The notes under the pieces were generated by a model, which was not told the DNA's origin, searched no databases, and saw only the letters and a program-made list of their open reading frames with translations. The position numbers and the translations under genes were made by a program. A stretch of 64,000 nt of DNA, taken from assembly GCA_051532035.1 (NCBI GenBank), contig JAOPTW010000015.1, forward strand, positions 218,653 through 282,652, written 5' to 3'. This DNA comes from Fibrobacterales bacterium (GTDB lineage: Bacteria > Fibrobacterota > Fibrobacteria > Fibrobacterales > JAOPTW01). Positions within the stretch are counted from its first letter, which is position 1. Every line of letters begins with the position of its first letter. Shown here piece after piece: positions 20,891 to 30,952 of the stretch.

Positions 20891-22804
20891 ATGAAAGATT
20901 CCTTTATTCGTTATATAAGTAATTTATTTACTAAAGATGTAAATTCTTTAATGCCCGATCTACGTAACATTGTCAAAGAAGCCAGCCTTCAGGAAACGGC
21001 AACAGCAATACGATTGACACTGCAACGTCCCAACATTACCTCCATGACCTGTATGCAAATTGGAAATTTCTGGAAAAAAGTCCATAACACTCCACTCAAA
21101 CCTAATCCAAAAAATATTAAACTTTATTTTCTTTCTGATTCGACAACCGCTACACACGATTGTTATCTCATTCCTTTTGCGGGATCTTATGGAATCAATC
21201 TTTCTATAGATTCATGTGACTTCGATTCTGTAGAACAGATGGTTTTTCAAGCAGATTCTCACTTATACACCTCTACACCCGATGTGATCGTATTGCAACT
21301 TTCACATGAATGGCTCAACAAATACATCGGTCATGATTCATTAATAGATACACATTCCATCAACCAATCTATTGATGCACTTAAAGCAATTGTTAATTCT
21401 ATGCAAAAATATTCAGATTCAAAAATTATCGTTTGCCCCTTCACTCCCGAAAGCTGGACAATGCCTGGTGGTATGATTGTTACAACCGATGCTGTAGGAA
21501 GACATCATGCACTTAATACCATTAACAACTATATTTTCTCTCTTGTCAATAGTCGCATAAGTATAATGGACACATATACTCCACTCCTTGAGGCAGGGGG
21601 AGTCAAAGCATTAGGGCGTACAAGCCTACTCCGCGCCAGAATACTCACAGAATCAGACGGAGTTGTATCCTTTAGCAGGGAATGTGCACGAACTATTGCA
21701 GGCATCTTCGGTAAATCATATAGGGGAGTAATTGTAGACTGGGACAACACCCTCTGGGGTGGACTTGTCTCAGAAGATCGCCCTGAGGATTTACTCTGTG
21801 GCCCGGATTCCCCTGATGCCCTTGGCTACTCTTTTGTTCAAAACTATTTAAAAAGTCTTCAAAAACTTGGTCTGGTATTAGCTGCAGCAAGTAGAAACAT
21901 GCCAACAGTTAAGAATATTTTTGAAAAACGCCCAGACATGCCATTATCCCTTAGTGATTTTTCATCTGTGCAAGTAAATTTAAATTCCAAAAGTTCTTCT
22001 ATTCAGAAGATCTCTTCTGAACTTGGCTTTGGTACAGAGTACATGCTTTTTATTGACGACAATATTTTTGAATTAACTGAAGCTGTATGTGCGAACCCTC
22101 ATTTAGATATTCTTTTAGCTGGACCGAATCCTGACGATACATTAGCAGAATTGTCCCATTATCGGCCCGGACATATCACTCAACTGTTACAGTCAGATCG
22201 AGAACGATCTGAACGCATCAAAACACTAACCAAACAACGCAAGGAACAAGAGTCTGTTGGAGATTTACCTACCTTTTTAAAAAGCATAGACATCCAACTG
22301 ACATTCTCAAAACTGAATCAACACAATGCCCCAAGAGTAGAACAGTTATTAGGGAAAAGTAATCAATTTAACCTTACAACACGACGTCATACCCTTACTG
22401 CATTGAAAGATATTGAAGCCAATAATGGAAGTGTCGTCGTTGTTGAATATACAGACAAGTTCGGAGACCAAGGTATAATATCTGTTCTCATAGTAGTACC
22501 AGATAAAGACCAATATAGAATTGACAGTTGGGTGATGAGCTGTAGGGTCTTAAATAGAACAATTGAAGAAGCAATGTTCACATGGCTGCGACATGAGACA
22601 AGCTCTCATGACATTCTTGGTGAATTCATAGTAACAGAAAAGAATTCTCTCGTTTCCAATCTCTATAAAAGTTTCGGCATGATCCTAATCGATAGTGCTT
22701 CTCCCAGTCAAACCTGGACTACCGCCGGTTCTCAACCACTAAATATCAATCCGCACTACTGCACTATACATGTACCAGATGGCAGTTTAATTTCAGCTAT
22801 TTAG
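20891..22804 (+). CDS. fkbH: FkbH-like HAD-IIIC glyceryl transferase/phosphatase
   Basis: DWDNTLWGG, FIDDN, KSNQFNLTTRR, DKFGDQG, MSCRVL; exact start uncertain. Confidence 0.85.
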   Translation: MKDSFIRYISNLFTKDVNSLMPDLRNIVKEASLQETATAIRLTLQRPNITSMTCMQIGNFWKKVHNTPLKPNPKNIKLYFLSDSTTATHDCYLIPFAGSYGINLSIDSCDFDSVEQMVFQADSHLYTSTPDVIVLQLSHEWLNKYIGHDSLIDTHSINQSIDALKAIVNSMQKYSDSKIIVCPFTPESWTMPGGMIVTTDAVGRHHALNTINNYIFSLVNSRISIMDTYTPLLEAGGVKALGRTSLLRARILTESDGVVSFSRECARTIAGIFGKSYRGVIVDWDNTLWGGLVSEDRPEDLLCGPDSPDALGYSFVQNYLKSLQKLGLVLAAASRNMPTVKNIFEKRPDMPLSLSDFSSVQVNLNSKSSSIQKISSELGFGTEYMLFIDDNIFELTEAVCANPHLDILLAGPNPDDTLAELSHYRPGHITQLLQSDRERSERIKTLTKQRKEQESVGDLPTFLKSIDIQLTFSKLNQHNAPRVEQLLGKSNQFNLTTRRHTLTALKDIEANNGSVVVVEYTDKFGDQGIISVLIVVPDKDQYRIDSWVMSCRVLNRTIEEAMFTWLRHETSSHDILGEFIVTEKNSLVSNLYKSFGMILIDSASPSQTWTTAGSQPLNINPHYCTIHVPDGSLISAI

Positions 22805-22870
22805 ACAAGCCTTAAATTTTCAATTTTCCCTATTTTTCACACAAAAAATAAGGAAGTTCTTATTTTATAT

Positions 22871-22905
22871 TAAATATAAATCGGAAATTATCCGATATAT
22901 ATTTA
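22871..22905 (+). promoter_or_regulatory. sigma28-type promoter inside a 15-bp-arm inverted repeat
   Basis: TAAA-N16-TCCGATAT; arms TAAATATAAATCGGA / TCCGATATATATTTA pair at 14 of 15 positions. Confidence 0.55.
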
Positions 22906-22936
22906 TGCATATTGGATCCTTAAGAAGGTGTATTTC

Positions 22937-23182
22937 ATGAACGCTGGTAATGAGCAAAAGCTTACAGAAATTTTCAGAATTATATTTGCAAATGATGACA
23001 TCGTACTCAAAGATGAATTGAGTGCAAAAGATTTTAACGGTTGGGATTCCTTAAATCATATTAAATTAATGCTCCAGATAGAAACAGAGTTTGGTATTAA
23101 ATTTTCGGGACGAGATACTGTCAGACTACAAAACATCAAAGAGTTAAAAGCATTGATAGATGAAAAAACAGCACCGGTATAG
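22937..23182 (+). CDS. Acyl carrier protein 1
   Basis: GWDSLNHI phosphopantetheine-site motif; AAGGTG SD. Confidence 0.9.
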   Translation: MNAGNEQKLTEIFRIIFANDDIVLKDELSAKDFNGWDSLNHIKLMLQIETEFGIKFSGRDTVRLQNIKELKALIDEKTAPV

Positions 23183-23185
23183 CTG

Positions 23186-24109
23186 ATGTCTATTGTTGAT
23201 GATTTCATTCAAGAGTTTCAAAAAGCCTCTCCCATATTTTCCGATTCAATTATTAAAAACAGATTGAATAACCCTAATCAATTTGACCAATTTGCATCAT
23301 TAATGCTCAACTGGGCTCGTCAATACTTAGGGAACGGCTACCATGAGCACCTCATTGATTCTTACCTCGACTTTACTTATGACGTAAACCAAGCCCAGTT
23401 AAAATATGAATCAACTGGACGGTATGAAAACAGCACCTATAGTGAAGTTGCAGAAAAAACCTATCTCTCTGCAGAATTTATGAATTCATATCACTGGGGA
23501 GTTTTTATCACTACTTTTGCGTGGCCGCATCATCTCGAAATATGCAACATTTTAGAAAAAAACTTCTTACCTCTGGCGACTAACAACATACACCCTGGTG
23601 CATCTATACTCGATTTAGGGTGTGGTTCTGGCGTATGGCACCAGCTGATACGAAACATTTCTGAAGTACCTGACTTAAGTGTAACTGCCGTTGACATTAG
23701 CCCACACACCATTCAAACAAGTGAAGGCATGGCGCAGAGTTCATCGCTACATACCAATATCAATTACATACTAGGCGACGCTCTTCTCTATAAGAATGAA
23801 TCACACACAAAATTTGACATTGGTATATCATGTTTTTTATTAGAACACCTAGAAAAACCACTCCAATTACTTACCAATCTATACGACAATTTAAGCAATG
23901 ACAGCTATGCGTTTGTTACCTGTGCAATTTCTGCTGCTGAAATAGATCACATTTATGAGTTTAAAAAAGAGTCTGAACCCATCATTCTTGCAGAAGAGGC
24001 TGGCTTTAGAGTGTTATATAGTGTCAGTGTGTCAGCCCATGAAAACGGTGGGCCATCTGGTCTAATTCCACGATCATTTGTCATGATTCTCCGAAAACTT
24101 CGAACCTAA
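23186..24109 (+). CDS. Class I SAM methyltransferase
   Basis: ILDLGCGSG, VDIS, LLEHL, IDHIY. Confidence 0.85.
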   Translation: MSIVDDFIQEFQKASPIFSDSIIKNRLNNPNQFDQFASLMLNWARQYLGNGYHEHLIDSYLDFTYDVNQAQLKYESTGRYENSTYSEVAEKTYLSAEFMNSYHWGVFITTFAWPHHLEICNILEKNFLPLATNNIHPGASILDLGCGSGVWHQLIRNISEVPDLSVTAVDISPHTIQTSEGMAQSSSLHTNINYILGDALLYKNESHTKFDIGISCFLLEHLEKPLQLLTNLYDNLSNDSYAFVTCAISAAEIDHIYEFKKESEPIILAEEAGFRVLYSVSVSAHENGGPSGLIPRSFVMILRKLRT

Positions 24110-24123
24110 GCATTCTAAAACAC

Positions 24124-24966
24124 ATGGATACATTTACTAAAAACGACCTAATTACCGCTCTTAAGGCCATTGGACTCAAACAAAATGATGTTGTCTATTT
24201 TCAAACTGAGCTTTTTAGCATCGGAATTCCTGAAGGTATAAGTCTTGACGATAAAGACAGTTACTGTCAATTTTTTATAGATACCATTTTTGATGTTATC
24301 GGATCAAATGGAACTCTTGTTATTCTCACAGCATCAACGCAAGTTGCCCGTTTTGATGAAGAATACGATCCTAAAACCACTAAATCCAGTCACGGCTTAT
24401 TAGCCAATTACGTTATCTCCCACCCAGATTTTGTCAGAACACTCAGTCCAATGTTTTCTTTCGCAGCTACAGGAAAATATAAACATGAAATATGTCGAAC
24501 GTCTTCGACTCATAATTACGGAGCTCGATCTCCATTAGACCAATTAGTAAAGTATAATGCAATAAACATCTTTTTGGGCTTTGATCCAAGTTATGGATTT
24601 ACAATATTGCACTATGCTGAATTCATGTATGGCGTCCCCCACTGCTACAATAAAGTACTCAAATGGAAACCTATGATCGACGGTACTCCATGTGATAAAA
24701 CCTATGTTGCATCGGTCAGGTTTTTAGAGTATGAACTTAAATATAATCTGAAACCTTTTGTCCAGGTTCTTAGAGACACTCACCTAATAAAAGATACCAC
24801 AATTGGAATGGGGACAATAAGTGCTTGTTCTATACCTGAAGTCATTGAACTTGCACTCGACAAGCTCGAAGAAGATGTATATTACTTCCTTGATGAGCCC
24901 CCTAATTTTGAATATGGCAAGATCCCTTTTGATGGTCCAACAGCTGGAAGAGATGGGATTGCATAA
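24124..24966 (+). CDS. AAC(3)-family N-acyltransferase 1
   Basis: GTLVI, RT.SP.FSF, TILHYAE. Confidence 0.8.
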   Translation: MDTFTKNDLITALKAIGLKQNDVVYFQTELFSIGIPEGISLDDKDSYCQFFIDTIFDVIGSNGTLVILTASTQVARFDEEYDPKTTKSSHGLLANYVISHPDFVRTLSPMFSFAATGKYKHEICRTSSTHNYGARSPLDQLVKYNAINIFLGFDPSYGFTILHYAEFMYGVPHCYNKVLKWKPMIDGTPCDKTYVASVRFLEYELKYNLKPFVQVLRDTHLIKDTTIGMGTISACSIPEVIELALDKLEEDVYYFLDEPPNFEYGKIPFDGPTAGRDGIA

Positions 24967-25082
24967 GATATGATCTTAGATTCAGTAATTAATATCAATT
25001 TGTTTTTCAAAAAATACCTATTATTTCAATAAGTAGATATCTATAGACTCTGACTAGAGCGTATCTTATAATCGAGGAAAAA

Positions 25083-26063
25083 ATGCTAAACAATAAAACA
25101 ATTCTAGTTACTGGAGGCACTGGTTCATTTGGTCAGAAATTCATAAGAATGACCCTTGATAAGTATTCTCCTAAAAAAATTGTGATTTTTTCTCGGGATG
25201 AAATGAAACAATGGGAAATGGCCTCAAAATTTAACAATGACCCTCGCCTTAGGTTTTTTCTCGGAAATGTTCGAGATAAAGACCGACTAAAACGTGCAAT
25301 GCGTGGCATTGATTATGTTATTCATTCAGCAGCACTTAAAATAGTTCCTACTGCAGAATATAATCCATTTGAATACATTAAAACCAATATAAATGGAGCG
25401 ATGAATGTTATCGATGTTGCCATTGATAGTAATGTAAAAAAAGTTGTCGCGTTATCTACCGACAAAGCATGTAACCCAATAAATCTATATGGGGCAACTA
25501 AGCTCTGTTCTGACAAACTATTTGTAGCTGGCAATGCTTACTCGGGTGAACATGATACAAAATTTTCAGTTGTTAGATATGGCAACGTAATGTGTAGTCG
25601 CGGATCAGTAATCCCCTTTTTCATCAAGCAGGCTGAGGAAGGGAAGATTACCGTTACAGATCCAAGAATGACCCGATTTATGATCAACCTCGAACAAGGA
25701 GTAGAGCTCGTATGGAGAGCCCTTGAAGAGAGTGAAGGGGGTGAAGTTTTTGTTAAGAAAATTCCATCAATGACAATTATGGATATCGCGCAAGCAGTAG
25801 CACCTAATATTAAAATTGAAACTATAGGTATTCGTCCCGGTGAAAAATTACATGAATTAATGGTGGCAAGTGAAGATGCCCCCTTTACCAGAGAGTACCC
25901 TGGCCATTATGTAATTTACTCTAGGCTTAAAGCAGAAAATGATATTTTAAAAAACGGGAAACCACTTCCTATAGACTTTGAATACTCAAGTGATACAAAC
26001 AGTGATTGGATGTCGATACAAGAATTACAATCCTGGCTAAAGCAAGAAGGGTATATCCCATAA
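25083..26063 (+). CDS. pseB: UDP-GlcNAc 4,6-dehydratase (inverting)
   Basis: TGGTGSFG, SRDEMKQ, STDKA.NP.NLYGATK, RYGNV, GIRPGEKLHE. Confidence 0.92.
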   Translation: MLNNKTILVTGGTGSFGQKFIRMTLDKYSPKKIVIFSRDEMKQWEMASKFNNDPRLRFFLGNVRDKDRLKRAMRGIDYVIHSAALKIVPTAEYNPFEYIKTNINGAMNVIDVAIDSNVKKVVALSTDKACNPINLYGATKLCSDKLFVAGNAYSGEHDTKFSVVRYGNVMCSRGSVIPFFIKQAEEGKITVTDPRMTRFMINLEQGVELVWRALEESEGGEVFVKKIPSMTIMDIAQAVAPNIKIETIGIRPGEKLHELMVASEDAPFTREYPGHYVIYSRLKAENDILKNGKPLPIDFEYSSDTNSDWMSIQELQSWLKQEGYIP

Positions 26064-26096
26064 TGCAAAATACTATACATGTCAAAGGAATTAGTA

Positions 26097-26336
26097 ATGA
26101 CCCCTAAAAATGAAGAGAAGCTCACCCAAATATTTCAAGTTTTATTTTCTCTTGACGAATTAGTTCTTACGAATGAGATGAATGCACAAAGTATTCAAGG
26201 CTGGGACTCATTAAATCACATTAAACTAATGCTACAGATAGAATCTGCATTCAATATCAGTTTTTCAAATGATGATATTGCTCAAAATTTAAATGTAGGT
26301 GATTTAAAAGTACTCATTGACAAGAAACTTTCTTGA
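26097..26336 (+). CDS. Acyl carrier protein 2
   Basis: GWDSLNHIKLMLQIE, identical core to ACP1; alternative start 26079. Confidence 0.9.
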   Translation: MTPKNEEKLTQIFQVLFSLDELVLTNEMNAQSIQGWDSLNHIKLMLQIESAFNISFSNDDIAQNLNVGDLKVLIDKKLS

Positions 26337-26354
26337 ACCGAAGGCATACAGAAC

Positions 26355-27257
26355 ATGTCAAATTTAGACCTATTAACTCAACAAATCGTACATGCTTATC
26401 CAATCCACGAAAAGTTTATAACACAATCAGTCGCCTCTCTAGACACTTCTGAGCTCAATGATGCAGAACTCTATATTAAACATTGTCTCACTCATGGATT
26501 AACCTTAAATCAACTTGCGGCAGCTTATGTAAAAATCATTCAGGATGTCAATGCTGAGCAGTTCTATTTTATGCGTAATGGCACATACCGTTATTCAACA
26601 TTTTCTGAAGTGGCCAATCAAGTCTATTTTGACCCTAGTTACATGAGAGTATACATGTATGCTCTTGCACTCTCTGGTTTTTTTTGGCCAAACCACAGGG
26701 AGATCTATAGGTTTTTTAATTCCATTCTTCCACGATCAAGCAAAGGCCACTATCTTGAAATCGGGCCAGGTCATGGTTTTTTCTTAAAAGAGGCACTTCT
26801 AAAAGCTGATTATACACAGTACACTGGCCTTGACATAAGTCCAACGAGTTTAGATATCACCCGCTCATTATTACAAGATACAACAATTGGAGTGCCATCA
26901 CACAATTGGGATCTTATTGAATGCGACTTTTTAAAATCAAACAATTTACACGAACACTACGATGCGATCATTATGGGTGAAGTACTTGAACATGTAGAAG
27001 ATCCCGCAGCCTTTTTAAATCGTATATATGCATTAGCTCATTCAGAATCATTCATCTATATTACAACTTGCCTTAACAGTCCTGCAGTGGATCATATTTA
27101 TCTGTATGAGACCCCCCTTCAACTTGAAAAACAAATTCAAAGTGCAGGCTTGACCATTGTAAATTCTTTATATGTAGCCTATACAGGTAAATCATTAGAT
27201 GAATCTGTCCAAGAAAAACTACCTATTAATGTTGCATTCCAACTCTCTAAGAGTTAA
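26355..27257 (+). CDS. Class I SAM methyltransferase, paralog of 23186..24109
   Basis: LEIGPGHG, EVLEHV, VDHIY; shared G.Y..ST.SEVA...Y and WP.H motifs. Confidence 0.85.
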   Translation: MSNLDLLTQQIVHAYPIHEKFITQSVASLDTSELNDAELYIKHCLTHGLTLNQLAAAYVKIIQDVNAEQFYFMRNGTYRYSTFSEVANQVYFDPSYMRVYMYALALSGFFWPNHREIYRFFNSILPRSSKGHYLEIGPGHGFFLKEALLKADYTQYTGLDISPTSLDITRSLLQDTTIGVPSHNWDLIECDFLKSNNLHEHYDAIIMGEVLEHVEDPAAFLNRIYALAHSESFIYITTCLNSPAVDHIYLYETPLQLEKQIQSAGLTIVNSLYVAYTGKSLDESVQEKLPINVAFQLSKS

Positions 27258-27269
27258 AAAACATAAATC

Positions 27270-27719
27270 ATGACCAATCAACAAACACTATCCATTCCAG
27301 GTGTTGCATTCCATCATCTAGGACTACTCACTGAAAAACCAGAAAAAGCAGCTATTGTTCTTCAATCCTTTGGCTATACAATTTCTGAACCAGTCCATGA
27401 TAACCTTCAACAAGTCAAGCTTCAGATGGCTTCCTTGGATAATGAACACGCCCACATCGAAATTATAACCCCTTTTATAACAAACCATAAATTAATTGAG
27501 TTGGTTCAGAGACAAAACGACTACATGTACCACAGCTGTTTCACGGTTGAAAATATGAACGTTTTAATCGAAGAATTTTCCAACCGAAATATTAGAGCTT
27601 TTCAAATATCCCCTCCTAAACCAGCCATTTTATTTAGCAATAAGCATGTATCTTTTTATGCTATTGAAGGACTTGGTCTCGTTGAATTTATAGATCAAAA
27701 TTATGAAGCCAATAATTAA
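27270..27719 (+). CDS. VOC-family (methylmalonyl-CoA epimerase-like) protein
   Basis: FHHLG, IEII.P, YHSCF, PKPAILF, LVEF. Confidence 0.75.
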   Translation: MTNQQTLSIPGVAFHHLGLLTEKPEKAAIVLQSFGYTISEPVHDNLQQVKLQMASLDNEHAHIEIITPFITNHKLIELVQRQNDYMYHSCFTVENMNVLIEEFSNRNIRAFQISPPKPAILFSNKHVSFYAIEGLGLVEFIDQNYEANN

Positions 27720-28500
27720 AGAACTCGCAGAAAAATGGGCCGCTTCAGGCGTTCACGAAGGCGACCTATTATTACTCCACAGTGACATTAAGAGAACCCT
27801 ATGGGATGCTTTAAAAAACGGCCATGACATTGCCCCCCATGACATTCTTGAATCATTTTTACATGTATTAGGTGACTCCGGAACATTAATCGTCCCTACA
27901 TTCAGTTTCGATTTTGCACAAGGTAAATCCTATAATATTCTTGAAACACCTTCAGACACCGGCATTTTAAGTGAAACGGTTCGCCTTGATTCTCGATCAA
28001 CTCGAACAGGTCATCCAATTTTTTCATTTGCAGCTATTGGCCGCCAAGCCTCCGAGCTTGGAACCATTGATAATTTCAGTGCATTTGGAGAGCACTCTCC
28101 CTTTGAATATTTACACAAGAATGGTGGGAAAATTGCTTTTCTAGACTGCATACCCGGAATGTGTACCTATTTACATTATATCGAAGAATCGAACGATTCA
28201 TTTATTAACTACCGATATCATAAAGAATTCAGCGGACAATACATAAATAATAACGGTGAATCAAAAATAAAGACTTACAATTTTTTTGTGCGAGATTTAA
28301 ATAAGAAGGTTGTCCCACATTTTGCTCCTGCAGAGAACGAAATGTGGAAATATAAATTGTACTCAGGTGATAGGACAGGGGTTAATAGTGGGCTCAGCGT
28401 TATCAATGCACTAGAATTATATAATTTCGTAACTGAATTAATTATCAATGGGGATACAGAAAATATGCTCTACAGAATAGAAGGTAAAGAGTATGAATAA
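27703..28500 (+). CDS. AAC(3)-family N-acyltransferase 2
   Basis: LLHSD, GTLIVPTF, RTGHPIFSF, TYLHYIEE. Confidence 0.85.
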   Translation: MKPIIKELAEKWAASGVHEGDLLLLHSDIKRTLWDALKNGHDIAPHDILESFLHVLGDSGTLIVPTFSFDFAQGKSYNILETPSDTGILSETVRLDSRSTRTGHPIFSFAAIGRQASELGTIDNFSAFGEHSPFEYLHKNGGKIAFLDCIPGMCTYLHYIEESNDSFINYRYHKEFSGQYINNNGESKIKTYNFFVRDLNKKVVPHFAPAENEMWKYKLYSGDRTGVNSGLSVINALELYNFVTELIINGDTENMLYRIEGKEYE

Positions 28501-29773
28501 CCTTGGAAATGAAATGCATGACTTATGCAGTAGGCTTTTCCCTATTTGCAGAAGTTTAACAGGGAATGGTTTTCGTAAATCATTACACATTATTCAAGAG
28601 CATCTTCCAAATCTAACTCTTCATGAAGTACCCACAGGAACACAATGTTTCGACTGGACTGTCCCCAAAGAATGGAATATCCACGACGCTTACATTCTAA
28701 ACCCTCATGGAAAAAAAATTTGCGATTTTCAACATTCGAACCTCCATGTTGTAGGCTATTCTACTCCTGTACATAAAACAATCTCTTTAGATGAACTTCA
28801 AGCTCACCTCTATTCATTGCCTGATCAACCTGATGCAATACCCTATATAACCTCTTATTATAATGAAAGGTGGGGCTTTTGTATAACTCACAATGAAAGA
28901 GAGCAACTCATAGCCGGTGAATACACTGTGGTTATAGATAGTGAATTAAAAGATGGTTCGTTAACCTATGGAGAACTCATTATACCTGGAGTATCAGATC
29001 AAGAGGTCTTCCTATCAACATATTTATGTCATCCATCTATGGCAAATAATGAACTTTCAGGGCCGGTAGTTACTACTTTTCTCTGTAAGTGGCTCATGGC
29101 TCTCAAAAACAAAAAATACACATACCGTATTATTATTATCCCAGAAACCATTGGTTCTATCACCTACTTAAGTAAAAATGTAAAGCATATGAAACAAAAA
29201 ACTATTGCTGGATTCAATATTACTTGTGTGGGGGATGACAGGTCTTATTCATACTTACCATCGAGAGATGAAAGTAGCCTTGCAGATAGAGTTGCCAAAC
29301 ATGTATTTAATAATGAGTATCCAGATTATGTAACCTTTAGCTTTTTAGATAGAGGGAGTGATGAACGGCAATATTGTAGTCCAGGTGTAGATTTACCTGT
29401 TTGTTCAATGATGCGAACTCGATATGGAAGTTACCCAGAATATCACACATCTTTAGACAATCTCGATCTTGTCACACCAAAAGGACTTGCTGGTGGATAC
29501 GAAATGTTAAAGCGAGCTCTTGAATGCTTAGAACTTAACGACACACTACAAGTAGTTGTTACTGGCGAACCTCAATTAGGGAAGCGAGGCCTCTACCCTA
29601 CCCTTGGATTAAAAACAAGTCAAAATTCAGTGAAAAACATGATGAATCTTTTAGCATATGCAGATGGTAACCATGATTTGATTGACATTGCAGAAACAAT
29701 TAAGGTTCCTCTTTGGGATTTAACTGAGACTATTCAAAGCTTAAAAGATGCCAATTTGCTCAAGCAAGTATAA
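28493..29773 (+). CDS. DUF4910 aminopeptidase-like (M28-related) polysaccharide biosynthesis protein
   Basis: LFPICRSLTG, DWTVPKEW, CHPSMANNELSGP, PETIGS, GSDERQY, EYHTSLD. Confidence 0.85.
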   Translation: MNNLGNEMHDLCSRLFPICRSLTGNGFRKSLHIIQEHLPNLTLHEVPTGTQCFDWTVPKEWNIHDAYILNPHGKKICDFQHSNLHVVGYSTPVHKTISLDELQAHLYSLPDQPDAIPYITSYYNERWGFCITHNEREQLIAGEYTVVIDSELKDGSLTYGELIIPGVSDQEVFLSTYLCHPSMANNELSGPVVTTFLCKWLMALKNKKYTYRIIIIPETIGSITYLSKNVKHMKQKTIAGFNITCVGDDRSYSYLPSRDESSLADRVAKHVFNNEYPDYVTFSFLDRGSDERQYCSPGVDLPVCSMMRTRYGSYPEYHTSLDNLDLVTPKGLAGGYEMLKRALECLELNDTLQVVVTGEPQLGKRGLYPTLGLKTSQNSVKNMMNLLAYADGNHDLIDIAETIKVPLWDLTETIQSLKDANLLKQV

Positions 29774-29794
29774 TTTAGACAAAAGGAACCACCA

Positions 29795-30937
29795 TTGATT
29801 CCGTATGGTAAACAAAATATCGATGCAGACGACATAGATGCAGTTGTATCTGTTCTAAAATCATCGCATCTTACCCAAGGCCCTCAAATAGAACTCTTTG
29901 AACAGGCTTTTGCAAAGTATGTTGGCGCTCAATATGCCCTTGCTGTTACCAATGGTACGGCAGGCCTTCATTTAAGTGCTCTCGCCTTAGGAATAAAACC
30001 GGGTGATACCGTCATTACATCACCAATAACTTTTGCAGCAACTGCTAATTGTATACGGTACTGTGGGGGGACCGTTGCATTTTGCGACATCGATCCTAAA
30101 ACATATACTATGGATGTTAACTATTTAAAAAAAATGTTAGAATCAGCGCCACCTAACACCTATAAAGCAGTAATACCCATTGATTATGCTGGTCATCCCT
30201 GTGATATTATAAAAATTAAAGATCTCTGTACCGTGCATAATCTTGCCCTTATTGAAGACGCCTGTCACGCCCCTGGTGCTTATGCATTAAATAAAAGTAA
30301 TCAAAAAGAGTATTGCGGTAATGGAGTCTATGCAGACCTAACTGTATTTTCATTTCATCCTGTAAAGCATATTGCATGTGGTGAAGGCGGAATGGTTACT
30401 ACCAATAATAAAATTTTATATGACAAAGTATGTTCCCTTCGCAGCCATGGTATAACCAAATCACCAGAAAAACTTTTAGAAAATCATGGTGGCTGGTATT
30501 ACGAAATGCATGAATTAGGCTATAATTATCGCCTGACAGACATTCAAGCAGCCCTTGGAATATCTCAATTAAAAAAGGCACATGCAAATGTTACACGGCG
30601 TAACGAAATCGCTGTCCGGTACAATATAGGGTTTAAGGGTTGCGACATAATTATTCCCTTTATTCAAAATGATTGGCAACACGCTTTTCACCTATATGTA
30701 ATACAAGTGAAAAACAGAAAAAAGCTCTATGACCACTTACACGATCATGATATTTTAGCACAAGTTCACTATATCCCTGTTCACACACTACCTTACTACA
30801 GAGATCAATCACAAGTATCTATGCCAGAATCTGAGAAGTTCTATAGTCAATGTTTAAGTCTACCCATGTTTCCTTCTCTTACCAATCATGAAGTTGATTT
30901 TATTATAGAAAAAGTGTGTCAATATCTTAAAACCTAA
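29795..30937 (+). CDS. pseC: UDP-4-amino-4,6-dideoxy-N-acetyl-beta-L-altrosamine transaminase
   Basis: IPYGKQ, LTQGP, EDACHA, SFHPVKHI, LGYNYR; TTG start. Confidence 0.9.
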   Translation: MIPYGKQNIDADDIDAVVSVLKSSHLTQGPQIELFEQAFAKYVGAQYALAVTNGTAGLHLSALALGIKPGDTVITSPITFAATANCIRYCGGTVAFCDIDPKTYTMDVNYLKKMLESAPPNTYKAVIPIDYAGHPCDIIKIKDLCTVHNLALIEDACHAPGAYALNKSNQKEYCGNGVYADLTVFSFHPVKHIACGEGGMVTTNNKILYDKVCSLRSHGITKSPEKLLENHGGWYYEMHELGYNYRLTDIQAALGISQLKKAHANVTRRNEIAVRYNIGFKGCDIIIPFIQNDWQHAFHLYVIQVKNRKKLYDHLHDHDILAQVHYIPVHTLPYYRDQSQVSMPESEKFYSQCLSLPMFPSLTNHEVDFIIEKVCQYLKT

Positions 30938-30952
30938 CAACATAGATGAGAA

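Noticed and set aside
24124..28500. AAC(3) genes as aminoglycoside resistance genes
   Set aside because: Embedded with ACP, FkbH and pse genes; a biosynthetic acyltransferase role is more plausible and there is no mobile context.
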